Source of the DNA: Eledone cirrhosa
Lineage: Eukaryota
NCBI GenBank assembly: GCA_964016885.1
Contig: OZ024740.1
Coordinates: 105,028,001-105,092,000 of the forward strand
Length of the DNA: 64,000 nucleotides
Direction: 5' to 3'
Shown one piece after another: positions 48,659 through 60,379 of the stretch. Within the stretch, counting starts at the first letter, position 1; the number at the start of each line of letters is the position of its first letter. The position numbers and the translations under genes are program-made. Below the pieces are notes generated by a model. The model did no database searches, had not been told where the DNA came from, and was given only the letters and a program-made list of their open reading frames with translations.

Positions 48659-49240
48659 GTGTATTGAGTTCAAAACTCAAGCATTCCTTTACAATGAAAT
48701 AGCTCAAAGAAAGAAATATTTCTGACCCGTATAATACAAGTAAATATAAATTAATATATATGATGAAACACAAATACCAACCTATCTGTGTTTATATTGT
48801 AAAAGAAATTAAGTTAGCTAGAATGAAATATACTAATTATAATATTACAGTTTGCCTATCTCGATTTAAAATAATAAATCAATAAAAACAAACAGTATTG
48901 GCAAATGGCCATGGTGTTTAGACAAATTTAAATTTCAAAATCAAACCTGTTCCGTAGATAAGTTTAAACTTTAAAATCCAAATATGTTTCGAGATGAATA
49001 AGTGTAAGGATATCATGTCCAGCTCACATTAGTAAACTTTCTGTTTTTACACATACATACACATATATATGGGGGGGGGGGGGGGATGTATTTTAAGGAA
49101 AACAATGTTATTTTTTAAATTTTACACACGTTTCAATTTTAAGGATAAGCAATCCATAATCGATAATTTTAATTACCTCACCAGGAAAAATATAATTAAA
49201 GTTAAAAAAGCTCCTCAATAAAAATCACAATATAAGAGGA

Positions 49241-49400
49241 AATAATTGTTTCTACTTTTGGCACAAGGCCAGCAATTACACAATGCATTACTGGTACTTT
49301 ATTTTATCGACCCCGTAAGAATGAAAGGCAAAGTTAACCTCGACGGGATTTGAACTCAGACCGTAAAGGGACGTAACTATGCTGGAAAGCATGGCGCCCG
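49241..49400 (-). mobile_element. SINE, 5'-truncated
   Basis: Family core and tail present; head missing. Confidence 0.92.
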
Positions 49401-49456
49401 CAACTTATTTTAAATGGTCCAGTCAGTGTGAAGCATAAAGTAATCATTATTATTTT

Positions 49457-49607
49457 GTCGGACGCCATGCTTTGCAGCATAGAGTTACGGCCCTTTACTA
49501 TCTGAGTTCGAATCCCGCTGAGGTTAACTTTGCTTTTCATTCTTACGGGGTCGATAAAATAAAGTACCAGTAATGCACTGGGATAATTGTTGGCCTTGAA
49601 ACAATTA
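49457..49607 (+). mobile_element. SINE, 5'-truncated, inverted partner of 49241-49400
   Basis: GAGTTCGAATCCCGCTGAGGTTAACTTTGCTTTTCATTCTTACGGGGTCGATAAAATAAAGTACCAG. Confidence 0.92.
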
Positions 49608-49988
49608 TTTTTTAGATAAATGGGAAGTAACTCTCTAGCAAAAAAATAAAAAATTAAAAAAAGAACGGAGATAACCTATTTAGTGAGTGTAAATGAGTTG
49701 TATACAATCAAAAAGAAAACACTAAGTGCTGGTGGTCATATATATGTAGCAGTAAATTGATACACTCCTCAATAGAGTTTCTTTCGCAATATAGAGCGGC
49801 CACCATGAAGCTGACCTTGGTGGCCTCACAGATAAGTGTACATTGTAAATGGGCTTTCGAGTCACCAATATATCTGAGCTTTTGACATATCAAACGGCGA
49901 TCTGCTTATTCTCAAGTCCCGGAGACCGAGGAAGCAATACTCATAAATAGCCTGTTTCCAGAGTAAATTCAAAGTTGCAGAGTTCATA

Positions 49989-50352
49989 TTAACTAGTTAA
50001 GATGTAGTGGTCAACTACAAATCCCAAATCCGCAATCAGTATGTTGATTTTGGTATGGTCCGAAACAGCTGAGTTTCGGTGGATCAGATATTTGGAAGTC
50101 ATGGGTTTGGCATAATAGGAATGGAGGATTTGTTTTTTGTTATTAATGGTATCTAACCAGAGCTCTGTGTCTAGTACAGGTAATCGATGGTTGGGGTGTT
50201 TGCTTGGGTAGTCTATAGTAACTCTAATACTCTGGTGGATGGAGTTAACTATTTGCTGGATGCTTTCCATGGTGTTTTTCTCTAATTCCTGACTGTTCTC
50301 TAGTGGGGGTGTTTTTACTACGAGGTTTATATCATCAACGTAGCGGGAGTAC
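49989..50352 (-). mobile_element. Penelope-like element reverse transcriptase fragment
   Basis: YSRYVDD catalytic motif, then LPVLDTELW, YYAKPM and LIHRNSA..KINIL, the PLE RT palm/thumb pattern. Confidence 0.85.
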
Positions 50353-50375
50353 ATTATCATGTACATTATAATATA

Positions 50376-50421
50376 ATGTCACTGAAGAGGTCACAGAATG
50401 TGTGACGAAAGAACTTTGACA
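50376..50421 (+). ncRNA. Minimal type I hammerhead ribozyme motif (candidate)
   Basis: Stem I TGTCA/TGACA, core CTGAAGA, stem II GTCACA/TGTGAC, GAAA, 1-bp stem III, CUU triplet. Lies next to the PLE RT fragment. Confidence 0.6.
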
Positions 50422-50653
50422 ATATATGAACAATCGTTTGGTTGTGGAACCAACCAACCAACCGGAAATTTATAAATTTATAAATTTAATTTATAATAAA
50501 TTGAAGTGAAAGCAACTGGTGCATGTGTTTCTTATTGGCAACATGACCTCCCAAAGCATAACAATATCGGTTTCAACACACGTTTTCAGATAAAGAATCT
50601 TGCTAAACAAATTCAGAAACGAAATATATATATATATATATACTCTATATATA

Positions 50654-50846
50654 AAATTGTTTCTACTTTTGGCACAAGGCCAGCAATTATCCCAGTGTAT
50701 TACTGGTACTTTATTTTATCTACCCCACAAGGATGAAAGGCAAAGTTAACCTCGGCGGGATTTGAACTCAGAACGTAAAGAGCCATAACTCTATGCTACA
50801 CAGCATGGTGTCCAAACGATCTACCGATCCTGCCAATCCATCACCT
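50654..50846 (-). mobile_element. SINE, near full-length short-tail form
   Basis: Head, B-box GAGTTCAAATCCC, core and tail all present. Confidence 0.93.
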
Positions 50847-51269
50847 GTACCAATCTAAACATTAAGAAAGATGCTAATGTTACATAAATCGTTTATTCAT
50901 AATAATTATTTCAACGGTTCTCCCATGCAATCCAAGATGTAATTCATGCATTTATTGTTGTTATGAGAACGGTATCTTCAGAATAAACCCGATTTTGTGA
51001 TATGCCGCCGGCAGAAAAAACACATCCTTCTGTTCGTGCGCCCGGCAGACATATGAGTTCCTAAAAGGGTCTTTCCCAGCCGTCGTGTTTTCTGGAGTAA
51101 AGTGCTATCCACGTGTCAATTAGCGAAATAAGGAATCACATATTCCCCACGGAATTAGGGTCTTAAATTATCAAAAGGATGAGCCTACAAGTGTGTTGTG
51201 TTGACCTGTATCAAACGATAGTCTATGCGTAGCTAGATTCCAGCAGATAGGTGAAGCAATATACGGAAC

Positions 51270-51500
51270 TCTGAGGGAGGGTGAGATATACATTTTAATG
51301 ACAGCTACATACAATACAACAGCAACAACAATAAAGACAACAGCAACACCGACCACATCGGTCGTTGAAGTGGTAGTGATAGTAATACCCAGCTAATGGC
51401 AGCGACTATATCCCTACCCGATAGCCAGGCAACGGCAACAACAACACCAGTAATGAATCCGTCACGACAACTACGGCAACAAAAAAGGCCTGGTGGTGCT
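51270..51500. repeat. Degenerate CAA/ACA low-complexity tract
   Basis: ACAACAGCAACAACA-type runs. Confidence 0.6.
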
Positions 51501-51600
51501 GGTCGCTGTAAATAAATTCCTACAGTAATAACAATGGTTTCTTTATTTATTTATTTATCCTACAGTAATAATAATAGTAATAATCTAAACTATAATAAAG

Positions 51601-52042
51601 TAAGAAGTTTTTGTTGAACTTCACCATTCAATGCGATAGAATGATTGAGGCAAGAAGGACAGACATTTTAGTTGTGAACAAGAAGAAAAAAGATCGATAT
51701 ATTTATCCCATGAGACAGAAGAGTGGAGGATAAAGAGCATGAAAAGATGCAGAAGTTTGAGCCACTGAAGAAGGAAGTTGGAAAGTTGTGGATGATGAAA
51801 GAAGTTTTAGTGATTTCAGTGGTGATCAGAGCACTTGGATGCATGTTGGACACTTTTGAGTACAGTGTAAATAGAATCTGAATTGATGCAAGGTTACAGG
51901 TCATCTAGAAGACAGCACTTCTTGGTACAGCAAGGATTTTAAGGAAAGTCTTGTCTATGTAAAACATAGGAGAGAATGCAGTTAGGGACCTTTCTCGATT
52001 TGTTGATGCTCCCTAACTGAAATTTACAAAAATGAACCATAA
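51601..52042 (+). mobile_element. 5'-truncated R4/Dong-like non-LTR retrotransposon (restriction-like endonuclease C-terminus) with 23-bp TSD
   Basis: Hand translation, with stops and a frameshift: FTIQCDRMIEARRTDILVV..EDKEHEKMQKFEPLKKEVGKLW..VVIRALG..KTALLGTARILRKVL. (TAA)n tail. TAATAATCTAAACTATAATAAAG at 51578-51600 and 52043-52065. Confidence 0.85.
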
Positions 52043-52310
52043 TAATAATCTAAACTATAATAAAGGAAAGTCTGCGGGATTGCATACGGTTTTTTAAATT
52101 TTTTATCCCGTTTGTAAAATAAGTTGGATTACCTTGAATAAATAATGAATGAATATTACATAATTTATCTACTAAATTTCGTGGCTGTTCATTAAATATA
52201 TTTTGTTTATTTAAAGAATCACTTCTTTAAAATTTTTGAAATGTCAACACTTCTGGTGGCGATCGCTTAAATAAACATACTAATTTTCCGTCACTAATTT
52301 TCTCCTAATG

Positions 52311-52676
52311 CAGATTATATATAATATCGTCTTTTTTTTAATGTATCATCTATTACGTTACTGATTACATAAGACAGTGTAACACAGTCTTCGTTCAATT
52401 TCTGTGTATATTGTCAATTACGATTTTATTTGATCATATCTACATGCATATATACTTGCGTATAATATCAATATACACACTACACATGCTAACAGATATA
52501 TTATATCGTCTTTTTTTAATGTATCATGGATTTCGTCACTGATTACAGAAGACAGTGTAACACAGTCTTCGTTCAATTTCTGTGTATATTGTCAATTACA
52601 GTTTTATTTGATGTATTATATCTACATGCATATATACTTGCGTATAATACCAATATACTCACTACACAAGCTAGCA
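52311..52676. repeat. Tandem duplication of a ~182-bp unit
   Basis: AAGACAGTGTAACACAGTCTTCGTTCAATTTCTGTGTATATTGTCAATTAC and its flanks occur twice. Confidence 0.93.
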
Positions 52677-52722
52677 GAAAACCACTTTTTTTCTTCTAGT
52701 TTCAAGTGGTTTTTCTGCTAGT
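52671..52722. repeat. Inverted repeat with CTAG ends
   Basis: CTAGCAGAAAACCACTT ... AAGTGGTTTTTCTGCTAG. Confidence 0.85.
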
Positions 52723-52725
52723 ACT

Positions 52726-52900
52726 AATAATTGTTTCTTCTTTCAGCACAAGGCCAGCAATTGCCCAGTGCATTACTGGTACTTTATTTTATCGACCCCG
52801 TAAGGATGAAAGGCAAAGTTAACCTCAACGGAATTTGAACTCACTAATAATAAACGTCGCTTCTACCCTTTGGCACAAGGCCAGCAATAATCTCAATGCA
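52726..52900 (-). mobile_element. 5'-truncated SINE plus a second tail-only fragment
   Basis: Core and tail at 52726-52843; TTGGCACAAGGCCAGCAAT tail again at ~52870. Confidence 0.88.
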
Positions 52901-53132
52901 AAATAATAATTAGTAACCACAATAGTAGTCAGTTGTAACTACATTGGTATTAATAATAACAACGGTAACAATAACGCCCGGACAAAAGGGGACTACTAGA
53001 CAGTGGGTGCAAGTTGTAGGAAGCAAATATATAAACAAAAAAACATACATATTGGTATACAGATATAAATGCAGGTATACATACGGAGAACAAGGAATAA
53101 AGAGATATAAAACACGGACCCTTATGTCGCGA

Positions 53133-53262
53133 GTATGGACAGTCGTGCATGGATGTCAAAAACGTTCGCAAGTGGTGTAGAGAGTTTACAGCCAGTCGTA
53201 CTGAAATTCACGACGAACAAAGGAGCGGGACGTTCTTGACATCCATGCCCGACTATCCATAC
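53133..53262. repeat. Inverted repeat, ~37-bp arms (MITE-like or hairpin)
   Basis: GTATGGACAGTCGTGCATGGATGTCAAAAACGTTCGC versus GCGGGACGTTCTTGACATCCATGCCCGACTATCCATAC. Confidence 0.8.
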
Positions 53263-53756
53263 ACTTCCGTCAATTGGCGATGAATTTCAATCGCTTCAAC
53301 GCCTTTTGCGTTCAAAAACCGAATAACTGCACGAACTTCGCACTTGGCGGTAGCGTTCAACGGGAGCTCCATTCTCAACGGCTGCCAAGCCAAGATTGAG
53401 CATCACAGCGAAGCGCGCGCATGCTTGTTTGGGAGTGAAGGAAGCACCAATCACAACAATGTTGCCAACAGACGTACGAACAGTTTCTCTGCGCCCGCAT
53501 CGCTTTGGAGACCTTACTTTTGGGTTTGCCCTCGTATATAAATAACATAACAAATGCTTAAATAACACCAAAAATTGCTCGCAATTCGTTCAGAAGAACA
53601 AATATGTCTAAATCGTGTATAATAACACAATAATATAAATTCATGAACAAAAATGATAAAGGAAAGAAAGAAAAAAGAAAAAAAGTGTTAGAGGCGTGGG
53701 GGGGGGGGGGGTTCACCACCAAGTGTGAAAATCGGCAACACCTCACACCTTTGGGG

Positions 53757-55627
53757 TCAACTGTACACTTTCAGGCAAGCCAACATGCTCGCAGTATTAC
53801 GATGGGTGATGGCGAGGCTAAGGCGCTGAAATAACCAGGCACCCTGACAGGCATCACCTGACACCTCTGTAAGGCAAGCCGCCAGTGAAGACAAGAACCT
53901 CGCTGTCAGCGGCCCAACTCCACTGAACGTCTCGAACGCCACAGGCTGGAAAAAATAATTGTTTGATAAATCCTGGTATTTCCGAATTTTATTCCGTTCG
54001 GCAGCGGAAGAAGCGACCCCCGCATTCACCGCGGCGTCCATGATGTGGGAGGGAGCAAAAGAGTTACTGACTGTGACGTCCCAGATGAGACATCTAACTC
54101 TCACCCAGGGACAAAGGGTAAGACCGTCTGGTCACTTCCCACCACTCCTGGATAAACCAGCCGGCTCCAGAACTGTGGGGATATTAACTTGAGCCAGAGT
54201 CCGTTTGATGATCAGGTTTAGCTCAGTATGACGGCAAAACGACCAGCATTCAGGTGGCAGGACAATCCATGTAGACCTGTGGAGTCGAGGGACCTACCAC
54301 AGCGGCATCTCAGATCCCCACAGACGTCGGCTCCCACACGAAGTGCAATGGAGATACGGAGTTCGTCCTGACTGAGAAGGCCACCAATGTTGGCATCAAT
54401 CCAGTCCCCCGAGAACTTTGCGCTAACTGAAAGTAAGCGGCACCTAGAAAATTAATCGGAAAGATCAAAGAGAAAGTTGAAATTTTCCATCGAGCGCAGA
54501 TTGTTCCATACTCTCTGCTTCCGTCTATCGTCATCAGTAACTTGGACTGACAAACCCAACTCTCTCCACTGTAGTAAAGCTTCATCCAACTCCCTGGTGG
54601 AACTAGTCCAAGCTGGGAAGGAGAGGATGTCACCTACGAAAGAGGAGTATGCATGGATGGAGGAAAGAAAGCAAGGTAGGGACAATGAAGTACTTTTACG
54701 CAAACCAAGACCTCTAAACTGTTTGGGTAAGGCAGCTTGGTCGCGGGACTCTGGAGAGAGTCGGACATTGTCCAAACCCTCGTGCTCACTGAATATAAGA
54801 TCGTCGAAGCATAGGACAGACGACGAGAATTTGTAAGAGGGACTAACTCCAAGGAAATACAACAACTTAGGGATTAACAGATAATTCCGGAGAATGAAAA
54901 AACTTTGGTGTGGCTCAATGACTACGAGGTTTTTATATAAGTTGCTCGAGGTTAGCCAAGTTAGATTGAAAGATGGACTCGAAGGCTTGGTCTGTAACTG
55001 GGGTTCCAAGGGAGCACCACGCCGATGGGGTAGGAATCTCGATGGCGGGGAAAGACTGTGAACAGGTCAACAGTCTCTTGATGTGAAGCTGAGTGGTTGA
55101 GGAGCCAGAGCTCGCATTTGGAATTGTTGACGTGAAGGCCTCTACAATCATGGTCTTCGCAATTGCAAGGACTTTGTCAGGAGGACCCCCTCCCCCAAGC
55201 AAGCATAATCCAGATACCAGGCATTCAGATCCAGGTTAACTCTCAACTTGGTGACGTCATCAGTGCCTAGAGCGAAAAGTGAAGCTCCGAGCGGGTCACC
55301 CTGTTGGACCCCTGTGGCAGATAGAAGATGGTCACCGAAGGTGAGGTAGGAGTGCTCCTGGTAGGCTTGCCAAGCAAAGTGGTAAAGCTGCAGAGCCGTT
55401 TCCTTTACTGAACGGAGGATGACATCCCGACTGATGGAATTAAAAGTATTCCTAAGATCCAACTTGAGAATGACCTTGGGGGCTTCGGAGGGCAAGTTGG
55501 TAAATGGTCTGGGAGCGTGAGCGGCAGCCCCACAACCCAGCTTGGTACCCACCTCTAACTGAATAGGGGAAAATTCGGCGGACAGGATGTCTGAAATCGA
55601 AGACAGACATACCTTCGCGGTAAACAT
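53757..55627 (-). mobile_element. CRE-like non-LTR retrotransposon (RT + restriction-like endonuclease), 5'-truncated and frameshifted
   Basis: RT motifs LKLDLRNTFNSISR, GVQQGDPLG, AWYLD and QAALP...RGLGLR. C-terminal Cys/His knuckle (HGLSC..RH..LN), then PDGLT..W..LIWDVTV..AERNKIRKY..FQPVAFETF. Confidence 0.88.
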
Positions 55628-56028
55628 ATTTGCAAGGTTATTCTACTGTAGATTTATACAACTATAATAAAAAATAATGTATATAGCAAAATACTAGTGT
55701 GTATGAATGTAACAAGGAGACATGGTTTGTGTGTATAATATTTAATCAACAATTTAACAGTATAGTTGACATGTCAATGAATAAACGAAAGAATGAAGCA
55801 AAGTTAGTAGTTACCGTTTTGATTGCCAGGCAAACGCGGCTGGCAGAAGACGCCTGGCGATGGCCAGGCGCCGGAAGGGCAAATGAGAGAGAGGGAACTG
55901 AAAGTTCTTCGTTTTATAGAGTTCTGCCGGAAGTGATAAAAAGGGTTCTATCACCCCAACGGGAAGCAACTCCAACTACTTCCCGTCTAGAGAGCGTGAC
56001 TCCTGCTACATATATTTTATAAACATAA

Positions 56029-56029
<1 letters not shown>

Positions 56030-56109
<80 letters not shown>

Positions 56110-56130
56110 TACACATAAAAATATATGTAT

Positions 56131-56161
<31 letters not shown>

Positions 56162-56204
56162 CATACATACACACACATACACACACACATATATATGCAT
56201 ACAT

Positions 56205-56246
<42 letters not shown>
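56030..56246. repeat. Compound (CA)n/(TA)n microsatellite
   Basis: Read directly. Confidence 0.97.
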
Positions 56247-56247
<1 letters not shown>

Positions 56248-56904
56248 ATACATTGTAGGTCGCTTTAACCCGTCTTATATTATTCAAAAAACTTCTTGCC
56301 AATAAACATTAACTCGTTGTGCACCATTCATCTAACTGTAGACCAACAAATACCAAGTAAACGGAGCGTTGACAAGAACGATGGCGGTAAGCAGTTTCCT
56401 CCCCAGCTGTTAGTTCACTGAGCTGCTAATTCTCTGCTACACCTTTTCGTAATAATACCGAACAACGTACTGTTGGTCACTCCTTCCTCCAAAAGCCGTA
56501 TAAAGCGGACATGTGCATCGGGTGCAAATCTACACCAGGCCTACGCGAGAAATTCGCAAGGGACTGTACCGAGAGGGATACAGAGAAAGAGTAACTTAGT
56601 GACAAGAGTGCGAATGAACTTTTGAGGTAAGTAGCTTACGCCTTATTGCTATGACACTGGAACCTTCTACCAACTTAACCTGTGACTTTCTCTTTCACAT
56701 TTACTCCAAAGGGCCAAAACAGAAGAGTATGAAAAGATGGAGCTCAACAATATTTCTATGAACAATGCACGTAGACAGCTAAACTGTACTTTCAATGCTT
56801 AATTTTCTCCAATTAAAACAAGTTTCCTGTCGGTATATTTTCGTGAGTTTTTAACAGGCACTCACAAATAAACGTTTCTCATTGGAGGTGATATTACCAA
56901 TGTT

Positions 56905-57100
<196 letters not shown>

Positions 57101-57834
57101 CTATGGGATGAGAGGTAAAGTAGAATAATACGGTAATACGATAGTCCATATTTAAAAGGGTTCAGATGGCCAGTTATCCAGCCATGTAGGAAAACTATTT
57201 TGATTCTGAACCCTCGTACGATTTTCCCAAAATCGCGGAATCTATGGACAAATCCCACTACTTTAATTTTAGTAAGAAATTAAACGAAACAAAAATTGTT
57301 TCAAGAAGAAAATTAATTTAAAAAAAAAGCAGAAAACAAAACAAAAAATAACCCCAAAAAATAAACAATGAATTTTTACTAAATTTTATTGAAATACAGT
57401 TTATTTCGCAGAGCCCCGAGTTCCCTTGGAACCCACTTAAGGAAATATTGCTCTAGATGAAAAATAACATTGAAGACTAAATTGAATAATATAGATGCAT
57501 GATACATTAATTAAGACGTGATGGTCATAGATGGAACGCTTTCGGTTGTATATCTTCTCAACCAGAGCTTACTCAGGGCCAATCCAAACAACGCAACAGA
57601 ACTAGAGAGAACATAACATATCACAAGAAGAAAGGTGTCACCAGTATATCAAGTGTTAAAAAATAAAATAAATATTACTTGTCTTAATAAACGCAGTACT
57701 AATAAGATATTCATTGCAAGTGCGTTGTGGCCATAGACTATGTTTGTTAGGTCGTTGCCCTCTACAGAAATCTATAGCAGCATAATGTGGTGCTTGAAAT
57801 ACAAATACCCCACTCACACACTCACTCACTCACT

Positions 57835-58177
57835 AAGTTGCGCTAAGTAGCCGAAGTAGATAATACAGTTGCGTTTGTATATATACAGAATCGAAGTATT
57901 GAAGTAACTGACGCTGCGTACATGTGTATATAAATTTACATATTTCTGCGTACCTGCGTATATAAATTTACATGTAAACAGGGCAAATATACATGTTTTC
58001 TTGTAAGTTGAAAAAATGATATACATCTTCAATCGGTTTTCAAGCATAGTCGAGCTTTCATCGCAAGACATAAATATCATCTAAACAGCCAAAGAAATAC
58101 GTAATCGAGGGGCTGATATACTTATTTAAATACTTATATAACTTTATCGTATACTTCGGCTGCTTACCGCACAACTT
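57835..58177. mobile_element. Putative MITE with imperfect ~26-bp TIRs
   Basis: AAGTTGCGCTAAGTAGCCGAAGTA versus TACTTCGGCTGCTTACCGCACAACTT. No clear TSD. Confidence 0.5.
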
Positions 58178-58309
58178 GATATATATTTTAATTAGCTACC
58201 AACAAGAGCATTAATAATATACAAATTAGTACACACATTTCAGGATATTACTATAAATGATAGTGTATCCATCGTGTAATTAGAGATTTTTTCATCTAGC
58301 AAAGGTGGA

Positions 58310-59660
58310 ATATTTCCAGTTCTTTAGGATGTGTTCTTTAGGGGGTAGTGATTAATGAAATCTTCCCCTAGATAGTTGGTAGAGTTGTGAATTTTTTTTA
58401 GAAAGGTCAATCTTTCCACCGTACACAATTGACATAACCTCGAGCCATTTGCTGAGGGTCGATATCTTTCAAGAATCTTCCATTTCATGGAGAAATTAAT
58501 GACATTGTCCACACATGGCTTGCAGGTTAAGTGTTTGCTCTTTTCCTGGCTATCTGAAGGCCATCTCGTGATTTAGGAAGCGGTTTTTAAATCGGTTTTC
58601 CGACATTCTCGCGTAGGTCCTGACCTCCCGTTGTTGGTTTGGTTGGGTCAAGGTGACCTCAGCCTTAGATATCACAACGGACACATTGCAAGCTTTCTTC
58701 TGGTTTTCTGCGTGAGCAACCTGGTATGGGGGAGTTCATGGATTTGTTGGTGATGTAGGTTTTTAAATTCCTGGCATAGGAGGAGTTAATTTTAATTGTA
58801 TGCCTGTAAAAATCTTTCTGTATTTGAGACCTATGGGGAAATGTTTATCGATGAGGGATAATAATTTCTTTTCTACGTTGTTCTTAACATTTAGGGAGAA
58901 GGAGGCAGTGAACCATACAACTTTGGTCAATGGAGTAAAAAATCTTAACTTTGAAGCCACTGTTAAGGCTGCTTTCTCGAAGATGTTATTAAAAGATAGA
59001 GTAAAGATTCTCTTACTTATGTGGCTATTAAATTCTTGACGACTATGGGTGGGTGACACGAGTTTCAGTTGATATATCTAAACTACTCATTGGGTGTGTG
59101 GCAAGGCATATGTGTATATATGTTTAAGATAAAAGTAACATCTAGGAAGCTAATACTATTGAGATTGGTGGTTACGATCATTTTTAACCCTAGGCTATTG
59201 AAAGTGGCTATAAGATTTTTTTTCTAAATATATCGAGATCATGGTCCTTTTTATGGTTCGGTACTATCGCTTCAATATAGACCTATAATAAAGCTCGGGA
59301 ATTTTCATTTATGTATGTCTAAAATGTGTAACCCTACTAAATCGCCCTATCAAATGATCTCATGGATACATTAAATAAATTCATGGCAGCTGACTTTTCT
59401 TTATCCAAGCTACTCCATTGTTAAAAAGGATAGTTTTTCTAATGTGGAATAACATTTGAAGGTGATATAGGTATGTCTCTGTATCTGCTAGAAAATTCTA
59501 ATAAAGTCTTGATATCGAGAAGTAAAAATCTATCATGTCAAACTGGGGAAGTCTGTGTTTGTTATTGGTGTTGAAGGTGTTAAACCAATTAATAAGTTTA
59601 CCAATTGTCCTACTCTAGTAGGTCGGTTTTATCTATATTATTTTTCCAAGGATATTTTTA
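58310..59660 (-). mobile_element. Decayed Penelope-like element (RT + GIY-YIG endonuclease region)
   Basis: SISFLDVTF (RT); VVWFTASFSLNVKNNVEKKLLSLIDKHFP..KYRKIF (linker); VISKAEVT..RTYARMSENRFKNRFLNH (degenerate GIY-YIG); KWKILER..NGSRLCQLC.VER. Confidence 0.85.
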
Positions 59661-59831
59661 CTAACTAGGTCCCCCCCCCCCCTATCTCTCTCTCTTTCCT
59701 CACACACAAGAGTAATAAGTTGATATATGTATTTTTATGTCACCGAGGAAACAATTTAAAATTATATATGTAGGGATAACTTTCTTTTATTTTTTTTCAG
59801 TTATAGAAATGTACGTAAGACTAATAAATGT

Positions 59832-59910
59832 TATAAATTCTGTCTAAACCCTTGGTTAGATTATTACTTAATACACGCACGGGCGTACACCCCCCTCTCT
59901 CTCTCTCTGT

Positions 59911-59941
<31 letters not shown>

Positions 59942-60012
59942 AGAGAGAGGGGGATGTACGCCCGTGCGTGTATTAAGTAATAATCTAACCAAGGGTTTAG
60001 ACAGAATTTATA
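59832..60012. repeat. Fold-back palindrome, ~78-bp arms, (CA)n loop
   Basis: The arms differ only by one substitution and one TC unit. Confidence 0.95.
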
Positions 60013-60169
60013 TATATCTATATATATATATATATATATACGTAGGTCCCGGGTTGAGTCGGAGATAACCACAGTAAGTAAGGTACTCAATACATGGCAG
60101 AGTAAAATTTTTTATTTTATAGAAGGAGCTTCTACAGGACTAGTACTGTTTCATTCAGATGAAATCTTC

Positions 60170-60232
60170 ATATATATATATATATATATATATATCTATA
60201 TATATATATATATATATATATCTATATTTATA

Positions 60233-60283
<51 letters not shown>

Positions 60284-60294
60284 ATATCTATCTA

Positions 60295-60329
<35 letters not shown>

Positions 60330-60340
60330 ATATCTATCTA

Positions 60341-60379
<39 letters not shown>

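Noticed and set aside
44951-52900. tRNA genes suggested by B-box motifs
   Set aside because: These are SINE heads with no cloverleaf.
57405-57460. Possible hAT right end (..AAGGAAATATTG-CTCTAGA)
   Set aside because: No matching left TIR or TSD found.
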